NCBI GenBank assembly: GCA_034440415.1
Contig: JAWXBX010000195.1
Location: 1-47,282 of the forward strand
Direction of reading: 5' to 3'
Source: Gemmatimonadota bacterium
Lineage (GTDB): Bacteria; Gemmatimonadota; Gemmatimonadetes; Gemmatimonadales; GWC2-71-9
DNA length: 47,282 bases
Part shown: positions 1 to 12,127 of the stretch, piece after piece
Layout: each line of letters opens with the position of its first letter
Position numbering within the stretch: the first letter of the stretch is position 1
Notes under the pieces: generated by a model
Databases searched by the model: none
Told to the model about the DNA's origin: nothing
What the model saw: the letters and a program-made list of their open reading frames with translations, nothing else
Translations under genes and position numbers: made by a program

Positions 1-29
1 GCCCGGCGCCGGGCCCGGTCGCCATCGGC

Positions 30-701
30 GTGATCCTCCGCGGTTTCGCGCTGACCTACGCCACGCTGTCGCTCGTCGCCGCGCTGATCGCGATCCTGCT
101 GTTCTGCATCCTCGAGCTGCTCCCCGAGTCACGCGCCACCTGGACCCGGAGCGCGAAGTGGAGTGAGATCCGCCCCGGCATGACGCCGCAGGAGGTCATC
201 GACCTCCTCGGGGAGCCGTTCCAGCGAAGCACTGCAGGGGATTCCTCCACCGGTTCGAAAGTTCAATTTGGTTATCAGCTCCACCCTCTCGACTTGCGCG
301 ATGGAGCAGCGGTCATCTTCCAGGCAGTATCGGGTGCGACCATGACGGCGACCCTCAAGTCACCCGACGACGAGAGTCTGGCACGGATCACTGGGGACTG
401 GATTCCCGGTGGCTACACCGGATCCCGGTACCGTGGCACCATCATGGATACGGCGTACATTCTCTCGTTTGTCGGTATCATGCTCCTGGCTGGGCTCACG
501 ATGCTGCCGTTCGGTGCTCGCGCCGGGGCCTCCTCCTGGACCCTCTACATTCCGCTGCTCGCGCTGGTCCTGGGGCTGATCTACGAAGCGCGCGGCCCCC
601 GCGGCTGGCGCTACGACCTGATGCTCCTCTATCCGCTCTACGCCATCATCCTGATCGGGTGGATGGTCCGGCTGATCCCGCTGCTCCGGGGCCGGGCGTA
701 A
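30..701 (+). CDS. Membrane protein with SmpA/BamE-like soluble segment
   Basis: 223 aa, GTG start; N-terminal TM, WSEIRPGMTPQEVIDLLGEP motif, three C-terminal TMs. Confidence 0.6.
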   Translation: MILRGFALTYATLSLVAALIAILLFCILELLPESRATWTRSAKWSEIRPGMTPQEVIDLLGEPFQRSTAGDSSTGSKVQFGYQLHPLDLRDGAAVIFQAVSGATMTATLKSPDDESLARITGDWIPGGYTGSRYRGTIMDTAYILSFVGIMLLAGLTMLPFGARAGASSWTLYIPLLALVLGLIYEARGPRGWRYDLMLLYPLYAIILIGWMVRLIPLLRGRA

Positions 702-809
702 CACGCTGCATCTCATGGGAGGTGGTCGCCGGACCGCTGGTGCTGCTGATACTATTCCCGTCGTCCTACGGTAGACCGAGTCCCTTCTCTCTCATCAGCC
801 GAGCACCTG

Positions 810-1898
810 ATGTCCCGTCACACTCTTGCTGCCGTTGTCGCCCTTGGCTCGCTGGCCTGCTACGGCCCGTACCGCGAACCCTCGCTCCCCCCGCCGCCCC
901 TGGCCACTCTGCCGCCGGTCCGACTGTCGCCCTCCGGCGTCACGCTGCAGGACCAGGTCTCCGGCACCACCGCGCGGCTCCAGGCCATCAGCGTCGTCAA
1001 TGACAAGATCGTGTGGGCGAGTGGCACCGGTGGCGCGTTCGTGGTGACCACGAATGGCGGTCTGAGCTGGCGGGCGGGCACGGTCGCTGGTGCGGACAGT
1101 CTGGAGTTCCGTGACGTGCACGGCGTCGATGCGCGGACCGCATGGCTGCTCGCCTCCGGGCCCGGGACCAAGTCACGGATCTACCATACCATCGACGGCG
1201 GCCAGAACTGGCAGATCCAGTTCATCAACCGCACGCCGGAAGCGTTCTACGACTGCTTCGCGTTCTGGGACCGGAAGAACGGCATTGCCTGGAGCGACAA
1301 CGTGGGGGGCCGGTTCCCCTATCTCGTCACCGCCGACACCGGCCAGACCTGGGAGCAGCGCTATCTCGACGGGGCTACCGAGGGCGAAGGCGCCTTTGCC
1401 GCAAGCGGCACCTGCGTGATCACACAGGGCAGCCAGATGGCGTGGGTGGCGACGGGCGCAGGGAAGGAAGCGCGGCTGTTTTCAACGGCCGACCGGGGCA
1501 AGAGCTGGACCCATGTGTCCACGCCGATCGTGCAGGGCAGCAGCACCACCGGCCACACCTCGATCGCCTTTCGTTCACCGAAGGATGGCATCGCAGTCGG
1601 TGGTGATATCGGTGTGGCCGACAGCTGGACCGACAATGTCGTCGTCACCCACGATGGCGGCCTCACCTGGAAACCCGGCACGCGACCGACCTTTCCCGGC
1701 GCAGTCTACGGCGCCGCGCCGGTGGCGGGCAGCCCGCGATTCGTCGCCGTCGGCCCGAAGGGCGCCGCCGTCACCGCCGATGATGGGACGACCTGGCAGC
1801 CGCTCGATACCCTCAGCTATTGGAGCGCCGGTTTCGCCACACCGCAGGCGGGATGGCTGGTCGGGCCAGAGGGACGGATCACGCAGGTGCGGTTCTAG
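810..1898 (+). CDS. BNR/Asp-box repeat beta-propeller lipoprotein (Ycf48/sialidase-like)
   Basis: Repeated TxDGGxxW motifs (TTNGGLSW, TIDGGQNW, TADRGKSW, THDGGLTW, TADDGTTW); lipobox-like SLAC. Confidence 0.85.
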   Translation: MSRHTLAAVVALGSLACYGPYREPSLPPPPLATLPPVRLSPSGVTLQDQVSGTTARLQAISVVNDKIVWASGTGGAFVVTTNGGLSWRAGTVAGADSLEFRDVHGVDARTAWLLASGPGTKSRIYHTIDGGQNWQIQFINRTPEAFYDCFAFWDRKNGIAWSDNVGGRFPYLVTADTGQTWEQRYLDGATEGEGAFAASGTCVITQGSQMAWVATGAGKEARLFSTADRGKSWTHVSTPIVQGSSTTGHTSIAFRSPKDGIAVGGDIGVADSWTDNVVVTHDGGLTWKPGTRPTFPGAVYGAAPVAGSPRFVAVGPKGAAVTADDGTTWQPLDTLSYWSAGFATPQAGWLVGPEGRITQVRF

Positions 1899-1901
1899 GC
1901 G

Positions 1902-2387
1902 ATGGGAGTGGGCAACTGGGGCGATAGGCGGTGGGCGCTGGGCGGAATTGGATTCGCGCTCGCCCTGCTCCTGCTTTCCCGCTCGACGATCCAGGCCCAG
2001 GCTGCGCCCGCCGCCGCCGCCGCCGACTCCGCGTCGCTTATCGTAGTGCGCAGCTACTTCGCCGCCTACAACAGCCACGATGTCGACGCGGTGCTGCGGC
2101 ACATCGCCCCCGAGTTCGTCTGGCTCAACCTGGCCGGAGATTCCATCACCGTCGAATTGCGCGGCGCCGACGCGGTTCGCTCCGGACTGATCGACTACTT
2201 CCGCCGGCTCCCCACGGCGCGCTCCGACATCGAAGCGATCAGCGCACTCGGTCCGTGGGTGTCGGTCCGGGAGCGGGCCCGCTGGGCAGGAGCGAATGGT
2301 CCCCGCTCCCAAGCCGCGCTTTCGGTGTACGAAGTGCGCGGCGGCCTGTTGCGGCGGGTCTGGTACTATCCCGAAGTGCGCGAATAA
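1902..2387 (+). CDS. SnoaL-like/NTF2-fold exported protein
   Basis: VVRSYFAAYNSHDVDAV...RGADAVR...YEVRGGLLRRVW pattern; signal-peptide-like N-terminus; exact start uncertain. Confidence 0.8.
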   Translation: MGVGNWGDRRWALGGIGFALALLLLSRSTIQAQAAPAAAAADSASLIVVRSYFAAYNSHDVDAVLRHIAPEFVWLNLAGDSITVELRGADAVRSGLIDYFRRLPTARSDIEAISALGPWVSVRERARWAGANGPRSQAALSVYEVRGGLLRRVWYYPEVRE

Positions 2388-2404
2388 CCCACACCCTGAA
2401 TCAC

Positions 2405-2923
2405 ATGGTTCCCCGTCAGCCCTGGTTCGCACGGAAGTTCTCGTTCGATTACCCCGTGAGCGCCGCCGCCGGCCTGGTGGAGCGCCTGCGCGGTACACCG
2501 GCGCGTCTCGTCGATCGCCTCAAGGATCTCGCGCCCGCCCAGCTCACCCTGCGTCGGGGCGACCAGTGGTCCATCCAGGAGAATGTCGGTCACCTCTGGG
2601 ATCTCGAGCCGCTCTGGCTCGCGCGCATCGAGGATATCGCCGTTGGCCGCCTGACACTCCAGGAAGCGGATCTCGAGAACCGGCGGACCTGGGGGGCGCA
2701 CCACAACGATCGCCCGTTGAGTGATCTGCTCACGGGCTTCGAGACCGCGCGGCGCCTCCTCGTCCGGCAGCTCGATGACGCCGACGAGGCCGACTGGCTC
2801 CGTTCCGCCCGCCATCCCCGGCTCGAGGTCAGCATGCGGCTGGTGGATCTGGCGATCTTCGTCGCGGAACATGACGACCATCATCTCGCGACGATCAGTG
2901 AGCAGTTGCGGGGGAGGCTCTAG
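2405..2923 (+). CDS. DinB family protein
   Basis: ATG at 2405 inside ORF 1931-2923; WSIQENVGHLWDLE and AEHDDHHL His motifs. Confidence 0.88.
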   Translation: MVPRQPWFARKFSFDYPVSAAAGLVERLRGTPARLVDRLKDLAPAQLTLRRGDQWSIQENVGHLWDLEPLWLARIEDIAVGRLTLQEADLENRRTWGAHHNDRPLSDLLTGFETARRLLVRQLDDADEADWLRSARHPRLEVSMRLVDLAIFVAEHDDHHLATISEQLRGRL

Positions 2924-2957
2924 GCGGTTGGGCGGTTGGGTGGTTGGTTGGGCGAGG
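2921..2957 (+). repeat. Degenerate GGCGGTTG-type short tandem repeat
   Basis: TAGGCGGTTGGGCGGTTGGGTGGTTGGTTGGGCG starting at the DinB stop. Confidence 0.6.
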
Positions 2958-3002
2958 CGAAGGTATTCGGTTCTTACCAACGGCCAATGGTCCACCGCCC
3001 TC

Positions 3003-3027
3003 GGCTGACGGCTGACGGCTGATGGCT
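3003..3027 (+). repeat. Heptamer tandem repeat (GGCTGAY)x3.5
   Basis: GGCTGAC GGCTGAC GGCTGAT GGCT. Confidence 0.8.
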
Positions 3028-3052
3028 TTTCCCTAACCGGATTTCCGTCTCA

Positions 3053-3520
3053 GTGATCATCGTCCCGTTCCACCCCGACCTGGCCCCCGCCTTCACCCGG
3101 CTCAATCGCGAATGGATTGAGCGGCTCTTCCGGCTGGAACCCGCCGACCTGAAGACGCTGGAGAACCCGGTGGCATCCATCATCGCGCCCGGCGGCCAGA
3201 TCTTCTTCGCGCTGGATGGTGCCGAACCGGTGGGTACCGTCGCGGCGGTGCGGGAGTCAGCCGACCGTTTCGAACTGGCCAAGATGGCGGTGCGGCCCTC
3301 GCACCAGGGACAGGGAGTCGGGCGACTGCTCGGTGAAGCGGTGGTTCAGTTCGCGCGTGAGGCGGACGCACAGAGCGTGTTCCTGCTGACCAACAGCAGT
3401 CTCGCCGGCGCAATCCGACTCTACGAACGGCTCGGCTTCCGGCATGGGCCGCTGCCGCCCAGCACGGGGTATGCGCGGGCGGATGTGTGTATGGAGCTCG
3501 ACCTGAAGCGCGGGAGGTAA
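3053..3520 (+). CDS. GNAT family N-acetyltransferase
   Basis: FTRLNREWIE, ELAKMAVRPSHQGQGVGRLL acetyl-CoA motif, AIRLYERLGF. Confidence 0.92.
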   Translation: MIIVPFHPDLAPAFTRLNREWIERLFRLEPADLKTLENPVASIIAPGGQIFFALDGAEPVGTVAAVRESADRFELAKMAVRPSHQGQGVGRLLGEAVVQFAREADAQSVFLLTNSSLAGAIRLYERLGFRHGPLPPSTGYARADVCMELDLKRGR

Positions 3521-3524
3521 GCAA

Positions 3525-3641
3525 GAGGTGGCAGAGGACAGGTGGCAGGTGGCAGGGCAGAAAAAAGATGGCAAGTAGATCGCGTGATCCGCGACCCACT
3601 TGCCGCCCTCTCCCTGCCACCTGCTCCCTGCCACCTGCTCC
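3525..3641. repeat. Inverted GGTGGCA/TGCCACC heptamer arrays between convergent genes
   Basis: GAGGTGGCAG..CAGGTGGCAGGTGGCAGG on the left; CCCTGCCACCTGCTCCCTGCCACCTGCTCCC on the right. Confidence 0.7.
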
Positions 3642-4337
3642 CTACTTGAAATCCAGTAACTCCACCTCGAACACCAGCGTGGCATTCGGCGGGATACGCG
3701 GCGGCGAACCCTGCGGGCCATAGCCCAGGTCACCGGGAATCCAGAACTGGTACTTGGCGCCCTTGGTCATGAGCTGTATCCCCTCGGTCCAGCCGCTGAC
3801 GACCTGATTCAGCGGTGTGGTGTACGGCTGGCCGCGCCGCACCGAGCTGTCGAACTCCGTGCCGTCGAGCAGGGTGCCGACGTAGTGCACCGTGACAATG
3901 CTCGTCGCCTTGGGGTGGGCCCCGGTGCCTTCCTTCAGCACCTTGTACTGCAAGCCGCTCGCAGTGGTCTTCACGCCGTCCTTGCCCTTGTTGTCGGCGA
4001 GGAACTTGTCGGCCTCGCGCTTGTTGTCGATTGAGGCGATGGAATCCTTCTGGTGCTGGATACCCATCATCCGCACCTGGAAGCCCATCATCGTCGCCTG
4101 CATCACCGAGTCCGGCATCGTCGCCGGGCTGCCGGCCATCGCCTGACGGAGACCCTGGAAGATCACTTCCGGCTTCACCGGCACGGACTGCTGCTTCAGA
4201 TTTTCGCCCATCTTGTAGCCCAGGATGTAGCTGACGCTGTCGTCCTGGGTGGCGAGCTTGCTGCTTCCACCGCCCGCGCCCGCCTGACCGCAGCCCAGCA
4301 GGGCGCCAGCCAGGGCCGCGATGACCATCGTACGCAT
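3642..4337 (-). CDS. FKBP-type peptidyl-prolyl cis-trans isomerase (FkpA/Mip-like lipoprotein)
   Basis: ATG 4337 after GGAG; LLGC lipobox; SYILG, TASGLQYKVL, VHYVGTLLDGTEFDSS, IPPNATLVFEVELL. Confidence 0.95.
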   Translation of the reverse strand: MRTMVIAALAGALLGCGQAGAGGGSSKLATQDDSVSYILGYKMGENLKQQSVPVKPEVIFQGLRQAMAGSPATMPDSVMQATMMGFQVRMMGIQHQKDSIASIDNKREADKFLADNKGKDGVKTTASGLQYKVLKEGTGAHPKATSIVTVHYVGTLLDGTEFDSSVRRGQPYTTPLNQVVSGWTEGIQLMTKGAKYQFWIPGDLGYGPQGSPPRIPPNATLVFEVELLDFK

Positions 4338-4579
4338 GAACACTCCGGAATTGGGGACCAGGGGACTGCTTTCTGACGGGCGGGAATATAGCAGGAGGGC
4401 GACCGGGCGCAGCCCCGAGCCTCCGGTGCCTGGCTTGGCGGCCCCTGACCCGGCCAAGGGGTATCCGGCGTCGCCAGGCTGGATGGGCCCGGAGCGCGGG
4501 GTCGGGCCCATCGGGCCACAGGACCCCGATAGCGGGGCGTGGCCGCCTGTTGGCTGCCAAGCCGCCAGCGGCCGACGGT

Positions 4580-5040
4580 TCATACGATCCGCAGACCGGC
4601 CTTTTCCCCTGCCAGCGGCTCCCCTGCCAGCACGTGCGCGATCTCCTCACAACGGTTGCAGAGCGTCGACCGGTGGGCCCCATGCTCATAGGTGGTGAGG
4701 CGGGCAGTCGGCAGGACGGCAACGACCCTCCGTACCCGCGCTGTTGGCGCAGTGATGTCCCGCTCGCCGTAGAACAGCCGCAGCGGTATGCAGATCTCGT
4801 CCAGGCGAATATCGAACTCGCGCACATCGAGGGCCATGTCCCAGGCCGTGCCTCTCGTCCCCTGCCGCAGGGAATCGCGCCTCAGCCAGTCAGACGACAT
4901 AGCACCGGAGAGGGTCGCTCCCTCCAGGCAATCCGTCACCCACAAACACCGTCCGCGATGCAGCGTCTTCCGAACCCTTCAGGGATCGCAAACCAGGACG
5001 GTCAATTTGAACTCCCCAAGCAAGGGGCAAGCATCGCTGG
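4580..5040 (-). pseudogene. Decayed alpha/beta hydrolase remnant
   Basis: C-terminal SLRQG..WD..LDEI.IP..LFYGERD...GAH in ORF 4580-4945; IDRPG motif upstream in another frame; no GxSxG nucleophile region; left boundary approximate. Confidence 0.6.
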
Positions 5041-5053
5041 AGCGGGCGGGCGT

Positions 5054-5797
5054 TCATCGCCAGATGGACGCCGCTGCTGCGTCGGCCTGCTCCTTCCATC
5101 GTTGTTCGTTCACCCCGAACACGAGGAGCCACAGGACCAGCGATGCTGCCCCGACAGCAGCGGCAGCCAGGATGTAGGGGAGGAGACGAGCTGCGAGCGG
5201 CTCGTACAGATAGGTCAGCCAGCCCAACCCTCCGACAACCTCGAACACACCCAGGATTCGAGGCAGGAAGGTGGACTTGAACACCAGATAGCCCTTCACG
5301 AGGGCATAGAGACCGAAGAACACCACGGCGATTGTCTCGGCCTGGTGGTTGATGTGGAGGAAGAGGAGTGCCAGCGCCTGCAATTGCTGCGTGTCGAATA
5401 CAGTCAGGTAGTGCGCCCCTCCCAGGACGAGCAAGGGAGCGAAGAAGAAGAGGCGACTGAGGATCTTGATGGTGCAGCCGATGAGGCCGAAGATCGCCGC
5501 CAGCATGGAGCCACTCCGGCTCACCGGCTTGAGCAGGTCGTAGAAGAGCGCCGTCATCGTGACCTGGCACGCCATTTCGATGAGGTAGACCGCGAAGCCA
5601 AGCCGAAAGAGCGCCTCATGCGCCAGGATGTTGGTCGCCGTAGCTGCGGCGTCGCCGGATACAACGAGCCTCTCGCTCACAACGCCCTGGGCGACCACTC
5701 CCATGGCAATGGTGAGCAGATAGAAGACACCGGCGATCCTGGCTTTAGCCCGCGGCGACGTTTCTCCAATCCGTTCCGGCACGACAGCTGTGCTCAT
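5054..5797 (-). CDS. DUF4386 family membrane protein
   Basis: ARIAGVFYL, GDAAATATNI, KSTFLPRILG; AAGGAG RBS. Confidence 0.85.
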   Translation of the reverse strand: MSTAVVPERIGETSPRAKARIAGVFYLLTIAMGVVAQGVVSERLVVSGDAAATATNILAHEALFRLGFAVYLIEMACQVTMTALFYDLLKPVSRSGSMLAAIFGLIGCTIKILSRLFFFAPLLVLGGAHYLTVFDTQQLQALALLFLHINHQAETIAVVFFGLYALVKGYLVFKSTFLPRILGVFEVVGGLGWLTYLYEPLAARLLPYILAAAAVGAASLVLWLLVFGVNEQRWKEQADAAAASIWR

Positions 5798-6020
5798 GAC
5801 CGCTCCTTCTTGTTCGTGCCACTCTGACGTCAGTCTACGGGAGGATCACAACCCTCGGGAATCATGGGGCCACGGTGTTTGGGTCCGGCGACCCGTCCGC
5901 TTGAGCCGGTGAAGCTGTCGGCGGCCGGTCGAAGGATGCCGCGTTGCCCGAAAGGATCGGATGGCTTCGCTGCCCCAGTCCTCGCGGGAGACGCGCAGCA
6001 GGACTGTGCGTCTGTTCCGC

Positions 6021-6695
6021 CTATCGTGGTGCCGGCGCGGCGACGCCCTTGATGAGCAGCCAGATCGCCAGCGTCACCTCGTACACCAGCATCGGCAGCC
6101 ACATGAACAGGGTGACCGGGCCGTCGAGGAATCCGGCGAGCCGGAGGGGAAGGCACGCCACGAGCAGGCCGGAAGCGATTACGCCGAGCCAGGCGAGTGA
6201 GATGGGGATCAGCCGACCCCGGAGAAACAGGAAGGAGAAGAGCGTGCTGCCCACGGCGAAGAAGGTCGCGCTGGTGAGCGAGGTCCATCCTCCCACCTCG
6301 CGCAGGAACGCGCCGAGCGCATGCGCCGCCGCTGTGTCGGGGGCATCCGCACCGGTGGCTGTCGCGAGCCAGACCAGTCCCAGGGATGTCGGGATGCCTA
6401 TGCCGATGAGCCCCTCGCCGACCCGGCAGGTCAGGCCCAGCATGGCAAGATCGGGGTCCTCCTCGCGGGTGAGCGCATAGGTCGTCACGGCCAGCACCAG
6501 CGCCGCAACGGACTGCAGCAGCCCGGACAGAGTGACCACGCCCATGGCTGTCGTGTGCTGGCCGATGCTCGCGAGCTTTTCCGCGATCCCGGCTCCACCG
6601 GACGCGCGACCGGACAGCACCATGCTGGTGAGGCCGACCGCGATGTAGAAAAGGTAGGTGACGCCGGCGATTCTGGCGTTCGTGGTGCGAGTCAT
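6021..6695 (-). CDS. DUF4386 family membrane protein
   Basis: ARIAGVTYLFYI, LRGRLIPISLAWLG, WLLIKGV; GGAG RBS. Confidence 0.8.
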   Translation of the reverse strand: MTRTTNARIAGVTYLFYIAVGLTSMVLSGRASGGAGIAEKLASIGQHTTAMGVVTLSGLLQSVAALVLAVTTYALTREEDPDLAMLGLTCRVGEGLIGIGIPTSLGLVWLATATGADAPDTAAAHALGAFLREVGGWTSLTSATFFAVGSTLFSFLFLRGRLIPISLAWLGVIASGLLVACLPLRLAGFLDGPVTLFMWLPMLVYEVTLAIWLLIKGVAAPAPR

Positions 6696-6723
6696 GGGTG
6701 CTCCGGGAAGACCGGCGGGCTGC

Positions 6724-7008
6724 TCATGCGCTCCCTGCCAGGCTCGCCTGCTCCTTCCATCGTTGCTCGTTCACTCCCCTCAGCAGGAGCCGGAGGGTCA
6801 GGCATCCTTGTCCGACAATCCCGGGAAACAGGTTGTAGGGGAACAGGTCGCTGGCAAACGACGCTGACAGAAAGGTCAACCAGCCCAGGCCGCCGAACGC
6901 CAACAGCACACCCAGGGTTCGTGGCAGGAAGGTGGAACGGAGAATGAAGAGGGCCAATGATCCGGTCAGGAAAGTGACCAGGTTGCAACCACCGGCTATC
7001 CTGGCCAT
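6724..7008 (-). pseudogene. Internally deleted DUF4386 paralogue
   Basis: ARIAG joined almost directly to RSTFLPRTLG..GGLGWLT..GVNEQRWKEQA, matching the C-terminus of 5054-5797. Confidence 0.7.
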
Positions 7009-7015
7009 GGTCGTG

Positions 7016-9693
<2,678 letters not shown>

Positions 9694-9697
<4 letters not shown>

Positions 9698-10038
9698 GGC
9701 GCCTCCCGTCGCGGTGCGAGAAAGGCGGCGATGAGATCGGCGGTGCGATGCCATTCCCGGGCTTCGCGCGCCAGTTGCCGGCGCCCCGCGGCAGTGAGCG
9801 TGTAGTACTTGGCGCGGCGATTGTTCTCGGACTGGCCCCACGCGGCGGTGACAAAACCTTCCTGTTCGAGCTTGAGGAGCGCGGGGTACAGCGTGCCATA
9901 GTTGAGTGTGAGGCGATGCTTGCTCGTTTCCTCGATGCGGCGACAGACGCCGTAGCCATGCAGCGGCCCGAGGACCTCGAGGGTCTTGAGAATCATCAGG
10001 GCAAGGGTGCCCTGCTGCACGTCCAGCTTTTCCGCCAT
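9694..10038 (-). CDS. PadR family transcriptional regulator (acidobacterial-type)
   Basis: QGTLALMILKTL..GPLHGYG, GTLYPALLKLE, SENNRRAKYY. Confidence 0.95.
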
Positions 10039-10311
10039 CGTTCCGTCCTATGGGAATCCAATACGACGGTAACGTCCGGGGCCGGATCACGCAATAGATG
10101 TCTCGTCGGGATGTTTCAATCGTTGCAAGTCAATGGCTGCGTTCTAGCTCGCCTCTTCTGGGATTGGGATGAAACCCTGCGACGCGCGCAGCCGTCCCGG
10201 TGCTGAGACCGTCCAGCGTTTGACGATCCGTTCTTGGAATGGATGGTGGTTCCGTGCGGACTGGGCGATGGGGCGAGCGCTCGGCCTCACCGACTATTGG
10301 AAAGGCGTCAC

Positions 10312-11508
10312 ATGCGCTTTGCGACCATGTTCAGAGCAGCCGCGGGATTGGCTCTCTCCGGCGCATTCTCGGTGGCGCTCCAGGCGCAATCGCCGGTATT
10401 CCCGACAAATGCGCCCCTCGACAGTCTGATCACGCAGTAGATGGCTGATGCGGGCATCATGGGGCTCGGTGCCGCCGTGATCATCAACCGTCAGGTCGTG
10501 TGGATGCAGGGGTATGGCTTCGCCGATCAGCCGCGCACGCGGCCGTTCACCCCGCACACGATCATGAACGTCGGCTCGATCGCCAAGCCCTTCACCGGCG
10601 TGGCAATGATGCGCGCGGTCCATGAGGGGAAGCTCTCGCTCGACGAGGACATCAACACCTACCTGCCGTTCCGGGTAGTGAACCCGCACCACCCGGGCGA
10701 GAAAATCACACTTCGGCACCTCGCGACGCACACCTCCGGGATTACGGACCGGTGGGAAGTCTACTCGGGGACCTACCACTACGGTGGCGACTCACCCGTG
10801 CCCCTCGGTCAGTTCCTCGAGCAGTACTTCGCACCTGACGGCAAGAATTACTCGCGCGAGAACTTCCTGAACGCCAGGCCGGAGACGCAACGCGACTACT
10901 CCAACATCGGGGCAGGTCTCGCAGGTTATATCGTCGAGCGCGCCTTCGGTGAACCCCTCAACGCCTACACGCGCAAGCACATCTTTGCGCCGTTGCGGAT
11001 GACGCGCACCGGGTGGTTCCTGTCCGAGATCGATCTCGCGAACCACTCCACGCTCTTCGTCTCGCAGAATGGCCACATCATTCCCATCCCGCTCTACGGC
11101 GGCACGACCTACCCCGACGGAGGAGTCCGCACCTCGGTCGCGGATCTCTCCAGGTTCTTCATCGCCCTGCTGAATGGGGGAGAGTATCAGGGGACGCGCA
11201 TCCTGGACGCCAGAATGGCGGCGGAGATGCAGCGCTTCCAGTTCACCGATGCGAATCGGCCGGAGAATTTCCCAGCCCAGGAAGGGAACTCAGGCCTCTT
11301 CTGGCGGACGAAGTTCAGTGGCACGCGGGTCGGCCATGGCGGCAACGATCCGGGGCTGCAGACGGAGATGCTCTCGGATCTCGCCAGAGAGGTCGGCGTC
11401 ATCCTTTTCATGAACACCTCGGTCAGCGGGCCCGATCAACGTGCGGCTTCCGTCATCTTTGATGCGCTGTGGAAGTACGCCGAATCGTTGCGGGCAGGCG
11501 GGAGGTAG
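10312..11508 (+). pseudogene. Serine hydrolase (class C beta-lactamase-like) with in-frame TAG after its signal peptide
   Basis: MRFATM..ALQAQ..LDSLITQ-TAG(10438-10440)-MADAGIMG; intact SIAK, YSN and HGG motifs; could still be translated from ATG 10441. Confidence 0.8.
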
Positions 11509-11583
11509 TCGCAACTGGCTGGCCGATGGAGATCCGCCAGATCAGGCGACTGCCCCCGCATCACCTGCGTGGCGCATGCGTGG

Positions 11584-12084
11584 TCAGTGCGCGCCTTCAC
11601 ACGGCAGGCGTGTCGGGCCGGGGCGCGACGCGCCGCGGCGGACCGCCTCCGGCGACCCGAGAACGTAGCGCTCGCCTCTGAGATAGCGCACCACATCCCA
11701 CGCATCCAGCGCGAGACAAACGGTCAGGCAGGCCAGCAGGATGTACAGGTAGCCGGCAAGGAAGGGCTCGACGGCAAGCGTGACGGCTGGCCCCACGAGT
11801 TCGGAGGATAGCCGGAGGGCGATATAGACCAGCAAAGGGGCCCAGGGCACCAGGTGTGCAACGCCCAGGAGCCGTGTAAGCCCGCGCTGTCTGACCATGA
11901 GCCATGCGAGCAAGGGGCCGGAAGCAGCGTAGGCGAGCAGAATCCATCGGGCCGCGGGGTCCGCCGCAAATGCGAACGCGGCGAGGAAGACGGCGTTCAG
12001 AAAGAAGAGCCAGCACTTCACCCACGGTTTCAGCGACAGCCACGAAGCGGCAATGTGCTGGAACGTGCTACGGGAATCTGACAT
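11584..12084 (-). CDS. Hypothetical multi-pass membrane protein
   Basis: Four to five hydrophobic segments, GLTRLLGVAHLVPW; ATG 12084 chosen as start. Confidence 0.7.
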   Translation of the reverse strand: MSDSRSTFQHIAASWLSLKPWVKCWLFFLNAVFLAAFAFAADPAARWILLAYAASGPLLAWLMVRQRGLTRLLGVAHLVPWAPLLVYIALRLSSELVGPAVTLAVEPFLAGYLYILLACLTVCLALDAWDVVRYLRGERYVLGSPEAVRRGASRPGPTRLPCEGAH

Positions 12085-12127
12085 CAAGAGACCTTTCAAG
12101 GAAACGATCCACCGGGCGGCGGGACGA

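Noticed and set aside
810-2387. Readthrough fusion of the BNR protein and SnoaL protein (in frame across TAG 1896-1898)
   Set aside because: The downstream protein has its own signal-like segment and the linker resembles G-rich intergenic repeat. In-frame adjacency has a one-in-three chance.
9698-10090. N-terminal extension of the 1024-aa permease ORF
   Set aside because: It overlaps PadR in another frame. The real start is ATG 9697 with a GGAGG RBS.
10441-11508. Bona fide beta-lactam resistance gene
   Set aside because: SxxK, YxN and HGG motifs are shared by the broad serine hydrolase family, and nothing here is specific to AmpC.
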